Translations under genes and position numbers: made by a program
Notes under the pieces: generated by a model
Databases searched by the model: none
Seen by the model: only the letters and a program-made list of their open reading frames with translations
What the model was told of the DNA's origin: nothing
Part shown: positions 11,465 to 23,730 of the stretch, in pieces
How positions within the stretch are numbered: position 1 is the first letter of the stretch
Layout: each line of letters opens with the position of its first letter
Assembly: GCF_041146345.1 (NCBI RefSeq)
Contig: NW_027191405.1
Coordinates: 992,001-1,056,000, forward strand
Reading direction: 5' to 3'
DNA: 64,000 bases
Source: Neodothiora populina
Lineage: Eukaryota

Positions 11465-13347
11465 GGTTGAAAGATCGACGAGCGGTCGTCAAGCCAATGA
11501 TGCGTGCATTCACTCCCTACAGAGCTCCATTTACCACCAACAGAATGCCTCTCTAGCAGTATATGTCCAAGTGCTGTTCAATTTCGAAAAGAGATGGTGT
11601 TGGGATAGAGCTGGTATGCAGGAATTGCGCAATGTATAAGCCGTGGTAAGTTTGGGGCCAAGGCTCGCCCCCGGAGACAAGTACCTGATGCCGGCGGGGA
11701 AGTGGCACAAATAGAGTTCAACCAGTGCGCAGCTAATACGCCTCTAGGCTTTCTCACAGGCCATGGTTCGCGAAAGAGGAAATCCATTAGGAGACTTGAG
11801 CTCAGGGCCCGCGGTGAAACGGGTAGCCTGTGGATCTTACACCAAAGTCTAGATATCCGTTGAGCAGTTTCTGTCAGATTTGGGTATTCAGGTCACGTCT
11901 GCAAGTGGACTAGAGTCCACGGAGTCCGCTTAACACGTCCTTTGAGACAAGGTGTGCAACGGTCCGATACGTACAGTAAGTCACTTGAGGAAGAGGAAGG
12001 CGTGTAATGGGGACATCTATACGTGTTATGTCGGCGAATCCGCGAGTCAATTGAAGGAAAAGACATGTCAAATACTCGTATCCTGGAGATATTTGAGCAA
12101 AGTGTAAGTCCGCAACCAAGCTGCAGCATGTTCCTTACGTGTTATAGATGCCTAGATGCACTACTCGTTGTGCTGAACGCCAAAATCAACAACGGGCGGA
12201 CTTGTACAGTAGATCTACACGATCAGTACTTCGGTTCCCTGCTTTTCGATAGGGCGTAGGGATTAGTGTGCAGCACCAAGCGAGCGCAGCAAGACTCCTT
12301 GTTTCTGCTCCGCCCACGTGCATAGCGACTTGCATATCCCCACCACGATCTAGGTATGTGCATGCTGTAATTGTACATGGTAAGGGGAGTGGAGTCCGAG
12401 CGGCACGAGACATCAGCAGCCATTCCAATAGCTCTTCCGGCTATGTCATGCTGCCCTGTGGTACGGAGCAGTACTTTGTGCAGTAGCGGGGATTTGATTA
12501 GTGATTAGAGAAACAAGATTAGAGAAACAAGCTCATTTTTCGTGTTGAGGAGTAGGGTCCGAGAGAAAAGTGCAAAGAGTTACGATGCCCAGTCGGATGT
12601 GAGAGCCCGGTCATGTTGTTACAAATAACGTCTAACGGCGTCCCTCGTCTAAAAGGCAAACCAAGCATTCGGGACAGTACGAATTCAGAACGGACGTCTT
12701 CGCTTCCTGCATCCGAGTCTGGATTGATGCGATTGAGACATGTGCAGCAGACTTCTCCACGGGTGTTCGGGTGCCTCTGGCTGCATACATGGACAAAAAA
12801 GGGCGAGATATAGCACGGCGATAGATGCAAATATTCCATATACTGTCTCATTTTTAGCGCGTCTAAAGTATGATCTTCCGCGAGCGAGGATTTCCTGTCT
12901 GGTAATTACACATAGCCCCATACTGCCTCGTCGCATCGTCATTTGTCGCATCTGCATCGACCTGGGCTCATCTGCAGTCTTTCTATGCAAGTCTGCCCTG
13001 GAGATGCGCAAATCTGCTACAAGGTCGTAGTCTGATCCTACCCTCGTTTCCGCAATGCACTTTGTCGCACATCTTAGCAGATTCCGATGCCGATTGAGAT
13101 GAAAATCGCGACCGCAACGCTTGTTCCCGTGAGATGCGGAATGTCTCCGTTCATGACATGTGAAAATCCAGCAGTTTGCCGCGTAGCAGTCTGAAGGTCT
13201 CGAGGTCTATATCTGGCAAAGCGAGCATTTTGGGGTGTCCGTACGGCGAGCTCGACTCTGTCCTTTGCCAGTAGCATTTGATCTTCGCACTGATCAGGGG
13301 TATATGGTGTCCTTGAACTTTCCTTCCTGCAGCCACGGCTGCCATCC

Positions 13348-13707
13348 TCACACGTGTTTTGTCGAGCCAATGACGTCTCCTCTGACTTTGGTCCAATCTA
13401 TGCTCGCGTCCATCTCTTCATCGACAAGGCCGCAAACAACGACGTTGTCGCCTCTGACCATATATAATCCATGCGCAGTCTCCACGCTCGGCTCGGGGTC
13501 ATCGGCGGGCCGTATCACGCGTTCCACGGTTTCTTTCAGAACAAGATTCGTTACTTGATCGCATGACACGAGAGTGCCTGTGAGTGTTCGTCCATCTACG
13601 GTGATAATCAGGATCTTCTCTGCAGAGGCCAAGTCAGTATAGGATCATTCGTGCTGGTTGTCTCTCGGGTGTGATGGCGTACTGTTCATGTATGAATTGA
13701 GAGACAT
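13348..13707 (-). CDS. LSM8: U6 snRNA-associated Sm-like protein Lsm8
   Basis: Exon 1 is 13707-13683 and the intron is 13682-13620. The protein reads MSLNSYMNKKILIITVDGRTLTGTLVSCDQVTNLVL...GLYMVRGDNVVVCGLVDEE. Confidence 0.95.
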
Positions 13708-14210
13708 TGTGACTGAGTGCCGCTGGAGCGCGTTTGCGCCTGGCCTGATGACCCGCGCGTAGAAACGTCGACTTTATCCAAATTATGCGAGCCTGACGCA
13801 GGATGTTGTTCGTCCAGACGTGTAGTCAATCTTTCGAAGTGTAGCCAAGCATAGGAACTGCAATCGAGATCTGTTGTTGTGGGTAGAATGATGGAATGGA
13901 GCTCACAGAAGTGCAAGGATAAGATTGGTGGTATACAAAGATCAGATCAATAGCACAAGGTGGGCCGTGCGTAATGCACCTTCCTCTCCCGATCTTCGCC
14001 GCAACATGTGTGGTGCCATAGTTAGTACGGAGTTATTGGTCCCAAGATATATAATTCAAGGTGGTGGGAATTGTATATACTGAAAAGTAGGAAGGCACCA
14101 TCGGACGCCGTGTTCAGTGGTCAAAGGGTGATACGGGTTTCCAATACATGGATTCTGTTGCGTGTTTGCGCGGCTTTTGATACGTTACAAGCGTCTACAA
14201 AATTACAAAC

Positions 14211-16580
14211 TTAGTTCCACAATCTAATTGTGCCATCCGCGCCTGCACTCAACAGCCAAGGTTCGCGAGGATGCCACTCGATGTCGAGTACACCTAGCTC
14301 TCCAGTGACTTTGTGGCCCTTCAAAACCTTGAGGGGTACGATGGTGGCATTCTCCAAACTGTCGCCAACAACCTTGCCGTGGAAGATCTGTACACTGCCG
14401 TCGTCACTGGCGTCGGCGAAGAGAGGGTATTGTCCAGCGTTAGGGTGGTAGCGCACACTTCTGATAGCCTTTTGATGGTAACGTAGAGTTTTGTATGGCA
14501 TTGGTGAGAGGTCGAGATCGTGCCAGAGCAGGCGACGGTCGTATGAGCCCACAAGCAAATTGTCTCCACCAGGATGGACGTCGATGGAGCTGATCCAGCG
14601 AGCACCAGGCTTCAGCTCCTTCTCGAGCTTCTGCTGCTGTAGGTCATACAGTCTGATCGACTGTCGCGTGGCTACGAAGAACAGAGGCTTGTTGGGGTGG
14701 AAGGAAGCAGTTTGTGCCAAGCCCTTCAGACGACGGAAAGGATGTTGCGTCAAGTGTTTGCTGAGCGTGTGGATAGCGATGGCTTGCGAAGCTCCCGTTG
14801 GCGATGTGGTGCTAAGGTAATCACCGCGGCGATGCCAATTGACGACCTTGATCAATGCTCGAACGGTGCAAGTGACGTGGACACCCTGGCTGACGAGCTT
14901 CGCGGAAGGTCTTGACCATGTCGCCGCTGGAATCTTTCGTTCTCCAGCCACGGTCGTGGTGGCGGGATTTGCGGCATAACCAAAACCAGCATCGAGAACA
15001 CCATGACTTACAGCCTCAACATCGGGAGAAGAGAGATCCGGAGGTATGATGAAGTACACGGTCTCTCCCGCAGCAGCCGCAATTATGAAGGTTTCGCGAG
15101 TTGGTCGCCATTTCAGGGTGTTTACTGCTTCTTCCGAGTCCAACTTGACGGACCATAGTTGACGTCCCGAAAGCAGCTCCCACACTCTGACTGTGCCATC
15201 ATCACCGCCGCTCGCAAGGTATGTACCAGACGGGCTGACGGAGACGCAGCGGACGCGTCCTTGATGGCCTCGGTAAAGCGTTGCGCAAACGGTGGGGAAA
15301 GGTCGAAGATCGTCAGGCGAAGGAAGCTTCGGCAGAAGAGATTCCGGGTCGATGTTGAGCTTACTTCGGCGAATACGGGGAGCAAGATAAAGGTCCAGAC
15401 ACCTCTCAAACTTCTCCTTGATGAACCTAGCATATCCGGGAACTTTGCGCAGGGCCGAGTGGTCTTGGGGCAGGTAGTCTTTCTCGCGATCCTCTTCGTC
15501 GGCCTCCTCCCAAGCCTTCTTCTCCTCGGGGTCAGGAAGATACTCTGGTGGGGGATGGTAGGACTCCTCGTAGCCAGGAGGTGGCAGCTTGGGCGCGGGA
15601 ATGTTCATTGGGTGATCAGGTCTCGGGGCCTCGTCTGCCCAAATGTCGTAACGCTTGACATCAGGATCCTCGATCTCATCCTCATCGCTAGGCTCCTTGT
15701 AAGGCTTTATCCTGCCTTCCTTGATAGCCTTGACAATCTTCATCACGCGCTTGTGCTCGTGTTTGCTGGGGATGAATCTTCTCTTGGGCTCGGGCGCAGC
15801 GCTCAGAGGCATAATTTCCTGCTCATGAGTGAACCAATGGACCATGTCTGGGTAGGGGTCGTATCCTTCGGCAGGAACCTCATTTCTTGTGACTTGTTTG
15901 AGAACTTCGAGCTCTTCGCGTGTAAGCTCGAGAGGTTTGCCCGTGGCAGGATCGGTCAATCCTGTCCAGCCTTGAGGCAGATCTATCTGGTCAAGCAGGG
16001 CATCGAGAGCATCACCCTTGGCGGGGCGCATGATCTTCTTGCCGTTGATATCGTAACCAATGTGTGGGTATGAATCGTAGTATGATGTGGGAATGTTGCC
16101 AATTGTGTTGCTGGTGACGGGCGCATCTGAGTCGTCCGAGTCGTAGACGGGGTCGATCTCCTTGTACACGTATCTTTCGTTTCCATTGGCATCCGTCGTG
16201 ACAGTGTAGTTGGGCCGAAGCTCTTCATCGACGTCGTCGAGATCAATTGACGTTGTCTCTCCTTCTGTTTTCCGCTGCGACTTTGCTGAGGCGGAGTCGG
16301 TGGTCTTGAGCCTGCGGAGCTGTTCTCGCACATCGTCCTCCTCTTCGTCATCTTCCGAGGGTATCTCGTCGCTGTCCAACTCTTCTTCGTCGTCGTCCTC
16401 ATCGTCTTCTTCTCCGTCATCGTCGAACTCGTCGTCTCCTTGCAGGCTTTCGTCTTCCGAGTCGCCCTCGGACAGGATGCCGTCTAGTGTGCCATGTGAC
16501 AATTCGTCTTTGGCTGGCACTGGCTCAACGACATCTCGGACCGAAGCCTTGCGCTTACGACTCTGTGCTGCAGGCGCCAT
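14211..16580 (-). CDS. ERB1: Ribosome biogenesis protein Erb1/BOP1
   Basis: Intronless. BOP1NT motifs [50 protein letters not shown] and [12 protein letters not shown], followed by C-terminal WD40 repeats. Confidence 0.97.
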   Translation of the reverse strand: MAPAAQSRKRKASVRDVVEPVPAKDELSHGTLDGILSEGDSEDESLQGDDEFDDDGEEDDEDDDEEELDSDEIPSEDDEEEDDVREQLRRLKTTDSASAKSQRKTEGETTSIDLDDVDEELRPNYTVTTDANGNERYVYKEIDPVYDSDDSDAPVTSNTIGNIPTSYYDSYPHIGYDINGKKIMRPAKGDALDALLDQIDLPQGWTGLTDPATGKPLELTREELEVLKQVTRNEVPAEGYDPYPDMVHWFTHEQEIMPLSAAPEPKRRFIPSKHEHKRVMKIVKAIKEGRIKPYKEPSDEDEIEDPDVKRYDIWADEAPRPDHPMNIPAPKLPPPGYEESYHPPPEYLPDPEEKKAWEEADEEDREKDYLPQDHSALRKVPGYARFIKEKFERCLDLYLAPRIRRSKLNIDPESLLPKLPSPDDLRPFPTVCATLYRGHQGRVRCVSVSPSGTYLASGGDDGTVRVWELLSGRQLWSVKLDSEEAVNTLKWRPTRETFIIAAAAGETVYFIIPPDLSSPDVEAVSHGVLDAGFGYAANPATTTVAGERKIPAATWSRPSAKLVSQGVHVTCTVRALIKVVNWHRRGDYLSTTSPTGASQAIAIHTLSKHLTQHPFRRLKGLAQTASFHPNKPLFFVATRQSIRLYDLQQQKLEKELKPGARWISSIDVHPGGDNLLVGSYDRRLLWHDLDLSPMPYKTLRYHQKAIRSVRYHPNAGQYPLFADASDDGSVQIFHGKVVGDSLENATIVPLKVLKGHKVTGELGVLDIEWHPREPWLLSAGADGTIRLWN

Positions 16581-16909
16581 GTCTGTACGTGATGGTATGG
16601 ATGCGAGCAGAGGAAAAGACTGCACAGTTTAATAAAATGTCTCTATGGAAAGTCCAAGCGTTTGTCCAAAACCAAAACTTCCATCAAAACTTGTTCTTAT
16701 CTTATCGCCTGGCTCGTCTTGGCAATCCGGGTCCATCAGTGATGCAGCCTGCATGGACCCCGTCTTCCCCCATTGTCTTCTAGGCTCACCATTACAGTGA
16801 CACGCGGTATCAATAGATTCTGTGCGGCGCATGATACATTCATGACCTTACCCTCTACCGATACTATCGCTGCTTTGTGTCCATTGTTCGTATTCAGGGT
16901 GGAATCACC

Positions 16910-18000
16910 ATGATGAGAAACACAACCACGGATTATAGACGTGCCTGTGACCTATGTCGTACGCATCTCCGCTCTCTTCCCCGCAATATAATGCTACCTA
17001 CTTTTAATATGCGATCTGAGCAGGCGCTGACCATACTCTTCAAGGTAAGAGGAAGCTCAAATGCACGGGTGAAATTCCCACATGCTCTCGATGCGAGCGC
17101 ATAGGCGTAGTGTGCGTGTACTTTTCGCAGAAGCCTATGGGTCGGCCGAAGAAGAGGAAGTTGTGTGGCAAAGAGGCTCTCTTATCCTCCGAGTCCACAT
17201 TTCCAACACTTGACAATCATACCCGTCCTGACCATATCCCGGACTCCGATGTTGGTGACACCACAACAGACTCCTACATCCCAGTCATTCCGAACAGCAA
17301 CACATCCTCGTCCGACGTAGCCGCATATATGATGGTAGAGGATAAGTTACAGCTACATTCCAGCAACGACATGGTCGCAGGTAGCCAGTCGTGCGTCTGC
17401 TTGTCTGCTATGTACCTTACATTGGCCAACCTCCAGTCAATGCAGGACTTCACTTTCCCACCCAGTCTGCACTTGCTACGAACGGCGACAGCCACCGGAT
17501 GGGATGTGTTGCATTGCGGGCAGTGCCCGATCCTTTACTTGAGTGCCATGCAGAACATACAACTTCTAGGCCTCTTGATAGTTAGTCTTGCGGAGAGATA
17601 TGACAAGCTCCTCAAGTCCATCGACGATGAGACAGAACGCTGCGACGCGGCCAATGAAATGAAAACATTCCGGGTAGGAGACACGTCGCTTGCAACTGCC
17701 CACATGCACACTGGACAGCTCGATTGCCCTGCCTCATTTTTGATTGAACTTCAGTCTTCCGAATGGCGCACTATGGTGAAGAAGGTCATTAGAGCCGACG
17801 TACACGGCAGCAATGGTGAGGGTAGTCTTGCACTGCTCAATCTGATCGACAAGATGGAGGAGCGGCAGCATGGTTGGCACGTCGCGCATCCCGTCCGCGA
17901 TGCGCCGCCTTGCGAAAGGCCATCCGCAGGAGAACAGCCAATGTGCCTGACGCTTGTCCGTGAAGCGAAGCGGATTATAAGATCCTTGGATTTCGATTGA
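16910..18000 (+). CDS. Zn(II)2Cys6 fungal transcription factor
   Basis: Removing intron 16959-17044 gives [33 protein letters not shown]...MGRPKKRK. A C-terminal CxC...HCGQC region follows. Confidence 0.88.
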
Positions 18001-18854
18001 AACGTGCCAATGACTGCTGCCATTAAGTCCTTCTTAATTTATTCAATGCGGCTTGACGCCGTCACTCTACGGATCATCCGCTGCTTTGCATCTAGTAGAC
18101 GAGGTAGGAGCAGGCTGCGGCACTCTGAGAGCCTCGGCAGCTATTCCTAAGGCATCAATCGGATGTTGTTCATTGCAGGATTACCCTTGTGCCGTGGTGA
18201 TAGAGGATGGACGAAGCTGCAGTTCGAGATGGCAAAGGCTGCGATTCAGGTTATTGCACTGCCTTGGAGATGGCATTACTGGACGGCGTAGAACTAGATT
18301 GCACTCGAGGTGGTGGCAGTCTGGCGCTATTATCGGCAACCTTAAGCGCAGCGCTGAAGTCTACATCGTCCCCACCATACTCGACGCCTATGCTGGTCTA
18401 GCTGTGAGGTCGGGACGAGCGCCACTATTATGCAAGATTCGCAGCACCGACGAAGAAGTGGTGGCGGTCTGGAAGTTCAATACCCCTGGTGGTGGAATTC
18501 AATCGTGACTGTATATGAAGCTAGGTCTTCATACCTTACAGCTCTAAGACGTTTTGTAGTGTCACCGTACAGACCTGAATCGGGTACAAAAGTACGTACA
18601 TTACCCTTAACGCACGCGATCGTACGCGTGGTGGTCAGATCCTGATGATGTCAGACAGGCAAATGCTTCGCTGTTCGATTAGAATGCCTTAGGGTAAGAT
18701 GTCTTGCAGAACAGAGTGATTGTATGATGATACAGATATGAGCTTTGTCTTTCACCTTGCCCAGTCGTAGTATCGTCAATGATCCGCAGATCAGTCGTAC
18801 TGTACTTGTAGTAAGGATACCTTTGCCTTATTTTGCACCATCGCCAATTGGGTA

Positions 18855-20660
18855 AGCTCGTCTACCCCATAACGGATCGTACCCATAGTGGATCGCTTTC
18901 GCGTCGCGTGTTCTACCATACTTTCTGTCTATTATCTACTTTCTATACCACAACTACGTAATTACAATGGATCAACGCGAGGCTATGCTTCAACTTGCTC
19001 TCAAAGAACTCAAAAAGCACCCTGAAAAATCAATGAAAGGTGTTGCGCGTGAATTCGGCGTACCATATACCACCCTTAGTCGTAGACGCGACGGCGGCAC
19101 TACTCGACGAGCAAGTCGAGAACAATTACAGAGATTGGCTCCAGATCAAGAGGCCTTCCTTGTAGACTGGATCCTGGAGCAAGATCAGCAAGGATATCCA
19201 CCCTCGCATCTACGTGCTCGCGATATGGCTATTCGCGTGCTTCGCCTCTGTGGTGACACCAAACCCTTAAGTACTCAATGGATTACAAAGTTCATCAAGC
19301 GGAATCCACGCGTCGCCTCTATTATAGGCCGTAGAATTGAGGCCTGTAGAATCAATGGCACCTCGCAGACAGCAATCCAGGACTTCTTCGACCGATTCAA
19401 GCAATTCGAACAAGAATACCAAGTACAACGCGAGAATATCTGGAATATGGATGAGCATGGAATCGCATTAGGTGTGTGCACCAATTCCCAAGTACTTGCT
19501 GCCTCTACAAAGCGACGTACTTATGTTAAGAGTCCACAGACGCGAGAATGGGTATCTATTCTCGAGGCAATATCAATGACTGGACAAGCAATTAAGCCCT
19601 TGATTATCTTCAAAGGCAAAGAGCCACAGAGCAGCTGGTTTGAAGAGGATTGTCCAGACTGGACGTATACAACCTCTGAGAATGGCTGGACGTCGAATAA
19701 TATTGCAATTAACTGGCTGCGATACGTGTTTCTCCCTCAGACAACTCCAGCGACACCATCTACGCGAATCTTGCTTATGGATGGACACGGAAGTCATATT
19801 GATATCGACTTTCTCTGGACTTGTAGAACAAACCAAGTCTACTGCGTATTCCTTCCAGCTCATACCTCTCATGTCTTACAACCATTGGATCTTGGAGTAT
19901 TCTCTCCGTTGAAGCACGCGTATCGAAAAGGCATTTCTGAGCTCTCTCACCTCGACGACGCAGCACCAGTCAAGAAACAACGGTTTATCTAATGCTATAG
20001 CCTCGCACGACGTCAGGCATTGACAGAAAGAGTTATTCGAAGTGGCTGGAAGGCAGCAGGGCTCTCTCCATGGAATCCAGACAAGGTATTGACGTCGTCA
20101 CAAGTCAAGCAACAACCTATTCGTCCAATTACACCTCCAGACAAGATACAGACTCTTGAGCCTGCTATTTGTACTCTAAAGAGCTCACAACAATTGTATC
20201 GTAGCGTACAGAGCTTACGAAAGAGCTGGAAGGCAGATCGAGCGACTGAAAGAGACATGAGATTGATTCTACAAAAAGCTGGTAAAGCAATCTCTCAGTT
20301 GACGACGACGCAAGCTATTCTTCAACAGCGAATACAGACACAAGGCTCACAACTACAACAAGCTTCTTCAGGATTACGTAGACGAGTAATAGTTGATCCA
20401 AATACGCGTTTTGCGAATATTGAGGACATTCGGAAGGCAAAGCTTGAACAAGAAGCTCGTGAGGTACAGAAAGCCACAAAACAGCAGAAATCTGAGGTAA
20501 AAAAGGCTGTAGGAGCGATAATTAGCCATCCAATAGAGACATATCTTCATGAATGGCAAATTGATTGAATGGTTGTATTATAATTACATAGAGTGAGTCC
20601 GAAGTTGCGCAGCTCGAAGCGATCCACTATGGGTACGATCCGTTATGGGGTAGACGAGCT
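18855..20660 (+). mobile_element. Fot1/pogo-family (Tc1/mariner superfamily) DNA transposon, 1806 bp
   Basis: Perfect 44-bp TIRs (AGCTCGTCTACCCCATAACGGATCGTACCCATAGTGGATCGCTT) at 18855-18898 and 20617-20660, flanked by TA at 18853-18854 and 20661-20662. Confidence 0.97.
18967..20568 (+). pseudogene. Fot1/pogo DDE transposase with one in-frame nonsense codon
   Basis: HTH-psq region (GVAREFGVPYTTL), CENP-B-type HTH, and catalytic WNMDEHG, LLMDGHGSH and QPLDLGVF motifs. TAA at 19990-19992 interrupts an otherwise continuous 533-codon frame. Confidence 0.93.
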
Positions 20661-21538
20661 TACGCCAATGCCACTCTTACCCCTTTCGATAGTAAATGAA
20701 TTTGCACCACATCACGTGACTTGCCCTTCTGGAGCATCCGTTGTTCCAGGTGGGGGTGCATCTAGAAGTTCGGCGCCGAGTCGGGATCTGAGGTGTCTGA
20801 GGCTTGAGGCTTAGGCGGAGACAGTGTTAGCGGTACCCTGAACGCTGAGGTACAAGTAAGGTACCTGTACATTGCCAGATCGGAGGAGGGCTGAACGAGC
20901 GAGCGAGCGTGTGAGAGTGAAAGTGGGTGACGGAAGGGACTTGCGACTTCTGCTTCTGAACCGCCGTGCCGTCACGTTACTTGGCTCTTTCACAAGTCGG
21001 CCACCATCCACCATTTCGCTTCGTCTCCCTCCCTCTTTGTCCTGGACGTCTGTGAGCATAGTGATTATTGTCGATTGATACTTTATTGATTAAAGTCGGC
21101 GAGCCAGATCCACTGCCGGCAGACGGACTGTTTCCCCCATTTCTTCCCTCACGACTCTCCTGACCTGTCGTTTGGCCGTCATTTGCGCGTGATAAGAGGG
21201 GCAAGAGCACAAGTGAACAAAGAAGGCGCTCTCCTCCGCTTGACTGCTGGATCGAGTGATACCCTCCGCTACAGCGCCACTGCTTGCAACCTCATCCATA
21301 CAAAATTGCATTACCGGACCGGCGCCTGCACCTTTAGTCATCATCCTCATCATCATCATCGTCGTCGTCGTTCATCATCATCCGTGTGGACAATACAGCT
21401 CTACTCTGTTCAAATTGTCGAGACTTAGGTCGATTGTCCTCGATTTCCTCAACACCGGCAGACAAAGGCAGCTGCCTTTCGCACCTTCCTGCTCTCTCGC
21501 CCTCCTTCCATTCTCGGAACACCTCTTCGCCTTTGCGC

Positions 21539-22680
21539 ATGTCTTCGGCGCCATATGATGGACATCATTTCCCGACCCCTCCTTCAACTGCTGGTCTTAC
21601 ATCACGCATGCCCACTTCGGATATGAACAGTTCCAATCCGTCTACTATGCAGGATTCGCCCTCATCCGCTATTACGCCTTCTACTGCGAACAAAGACGCC
21701 ATGGATCAGGGTGACACTCCAATGACCGACGCGCCAGATCATCGGAGAAGTGACCATGAGCGACACCATGAACAGCCAGCTCCCTCGGCGCCTTCTCCTC
21801 TACCCTTGCTCTGTAGAACACGTAAGAATCCCCTTCATCATTGCTGCATTGAGTGACACCTCTTCTGTTGCTTTATGCGCTGGTTAACATTGGATCTGAA
21901 TGACAGCGCACCCGATTTCGCGGCCTCACCCATCGCAGAATCTTGTCTCGCTTTACTCTCTCGATGCAATCGCTTCCACTGTTGCTAGAAAAGATCCCAT
22001 CACTGGTGAAAAAATCAACAAGCTTCGCAAATCGTACGAAGGCAAAGTCAAGACTTTTGCCCTCCCAGGCAAGAACAAGCCGACCGATCGGCCTGGTGAG
22101 TTGATGGGCCTCATGGAATGGCCAGAAGAGGGATGGTATGACCAGAGAGTTCATGGCAAGGAACTCGAACGCTGGGAGTCTCTTCCCGTCATGGCGAAAC
22201 TCGGTAAAGCTCTGCAGATGAACCCTGGCAAGTTGCCTGCCGAAGAGCACGACAAATGGAAGAACTTGATCGCATTCGACGACACTGCTGCGAAGACCCC
22301 ATCCCTTGCGCCTTCTAGAACCCCGGCACATCAGGCTATGCTCAAATCACAACCTACGTCTATGCGTGCGTCGGCTCCCGCCTCGCCGCGTGTGGGTCAA
22401 GGTGTACGACCTGATCGGCCCAACAAGAAGCGTCGTTATGACGAGAGCAGCTACCATGGTTACAATGATGGCTTCCATGACGACGATGGCTACTCGACTG
22501 GCGGCTTGGATGATAAGCGCAGTTCCGCAACCAAAAAACGTCGAAAGGTATGCGAACCCTCTTCATAACCTTGTATCGGTGTGCTGAAATTACGCATAGG
22601 ATTTCTCTCCCAGCTATGACGGCTCCAATTCCACCTTCAACAACGGCGTTCTCGGCCTCGGGCTCAAGAGTTCGTCCTGA
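21539..22680 (+). CDS. ROX3: Mediator subunit 19 (Rox3)
   Basis: Exons 21539-21821, 21907-22547 and 22600-22680. Motif RPHPSQNLVSLYSLDAIASTVARKDPITGEKINKLRKSYEGKVK..LPGKNK. Confidence 0.92.
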
Positions 22681-23730
22681 TACACCTCCTGTTCGACTTC
22701 CTTTGGACCCCCTTACTACAATTGGGTTGATCGAAGGGAGTCACTAGTCCGCTCACCAAAGACCCAAAAAAATTAGCATGTTATTTTGCCTGATACCCGG
22801 CGCATTGCCTGTTGCTTTTGTTTCACTGTACTTTTTGTTCCATACGCGCTGCTGCCATTTTATGGGCTTGCGCCACTCCTCTGGTTTTGGGGCGGCCGAT
22901 GGGGATAAGGGGTGTTTTCCTGGGTTTGCGCAGGCGTTATCGGTTATTGCTTCTATCCTTTAACCATCGTATAAACTTTGGTACTGCGACCAAAGACGAC
23001 GAGGGGACATGACACGGTAGGAAAGGCAATGCCGACGTTGACGAGAGATTTTGCAGACGCGACTCGGCTGTTTCTGATTCTCAATGACTGATTATTCTAG
23101 GGTAGAAAAGAGAAATGAAATGTCCAAAAAAAAATCCAAAAATTGTAAAACGATAATTCAATAAATTCCACAAAATCCTCCATCACGAAATGCCTTGCCC
23201 ATTGTTCTTTGTCTGACGGTGGACGAACGGTCAAGTCGGTCGCGTTTGCAACGTCCCTGTTCTTCCACGTATCAGTGATTCGGCAATGTGCATTCATTCT
23301 CCGTCCGTCCTCGTCCTCATTACATACCCTTGTTATGACTATCCGGCGCCTCGAAATCCAGCAGCCGAAGCACGAAAAGATCGCATGCGACGCACCCACT
23401 TGATGTCCTTCAGGTTTCGTGTCGAGAGTGATGGCAACCCTGTCCTTTATGGCTCCACTGGTTCAGACGGACTTCCAGCTTCTCTCATTGCTCGCTATTA
23501 CAATCATTTTCTTAGCCTGATGCCTGCCCTCCAGCATGATTATGTGCATTCAGTCTCTCGGGCGAGTGTCTAGAGTATGGCTAATTGGACGATCCTGTTC
23601 ATGATACGATTACCGAGACTCTCCTGAAGTGGTTACCTAACAAGAAACACTTCTGATACCGCCTTTCCTTTATCTCCTTTTTCACGTTCATCAAACATAA
23701 AACGCACTCTTGTATTTCCCCGTTTTTTTT

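Noticed and set aside
12023..13030. Scattered short ORFs with a GTAAGT donor suggesting a gene remnant
   Set aside because: I could not assemble a coherent spliced model or recognise any domain.
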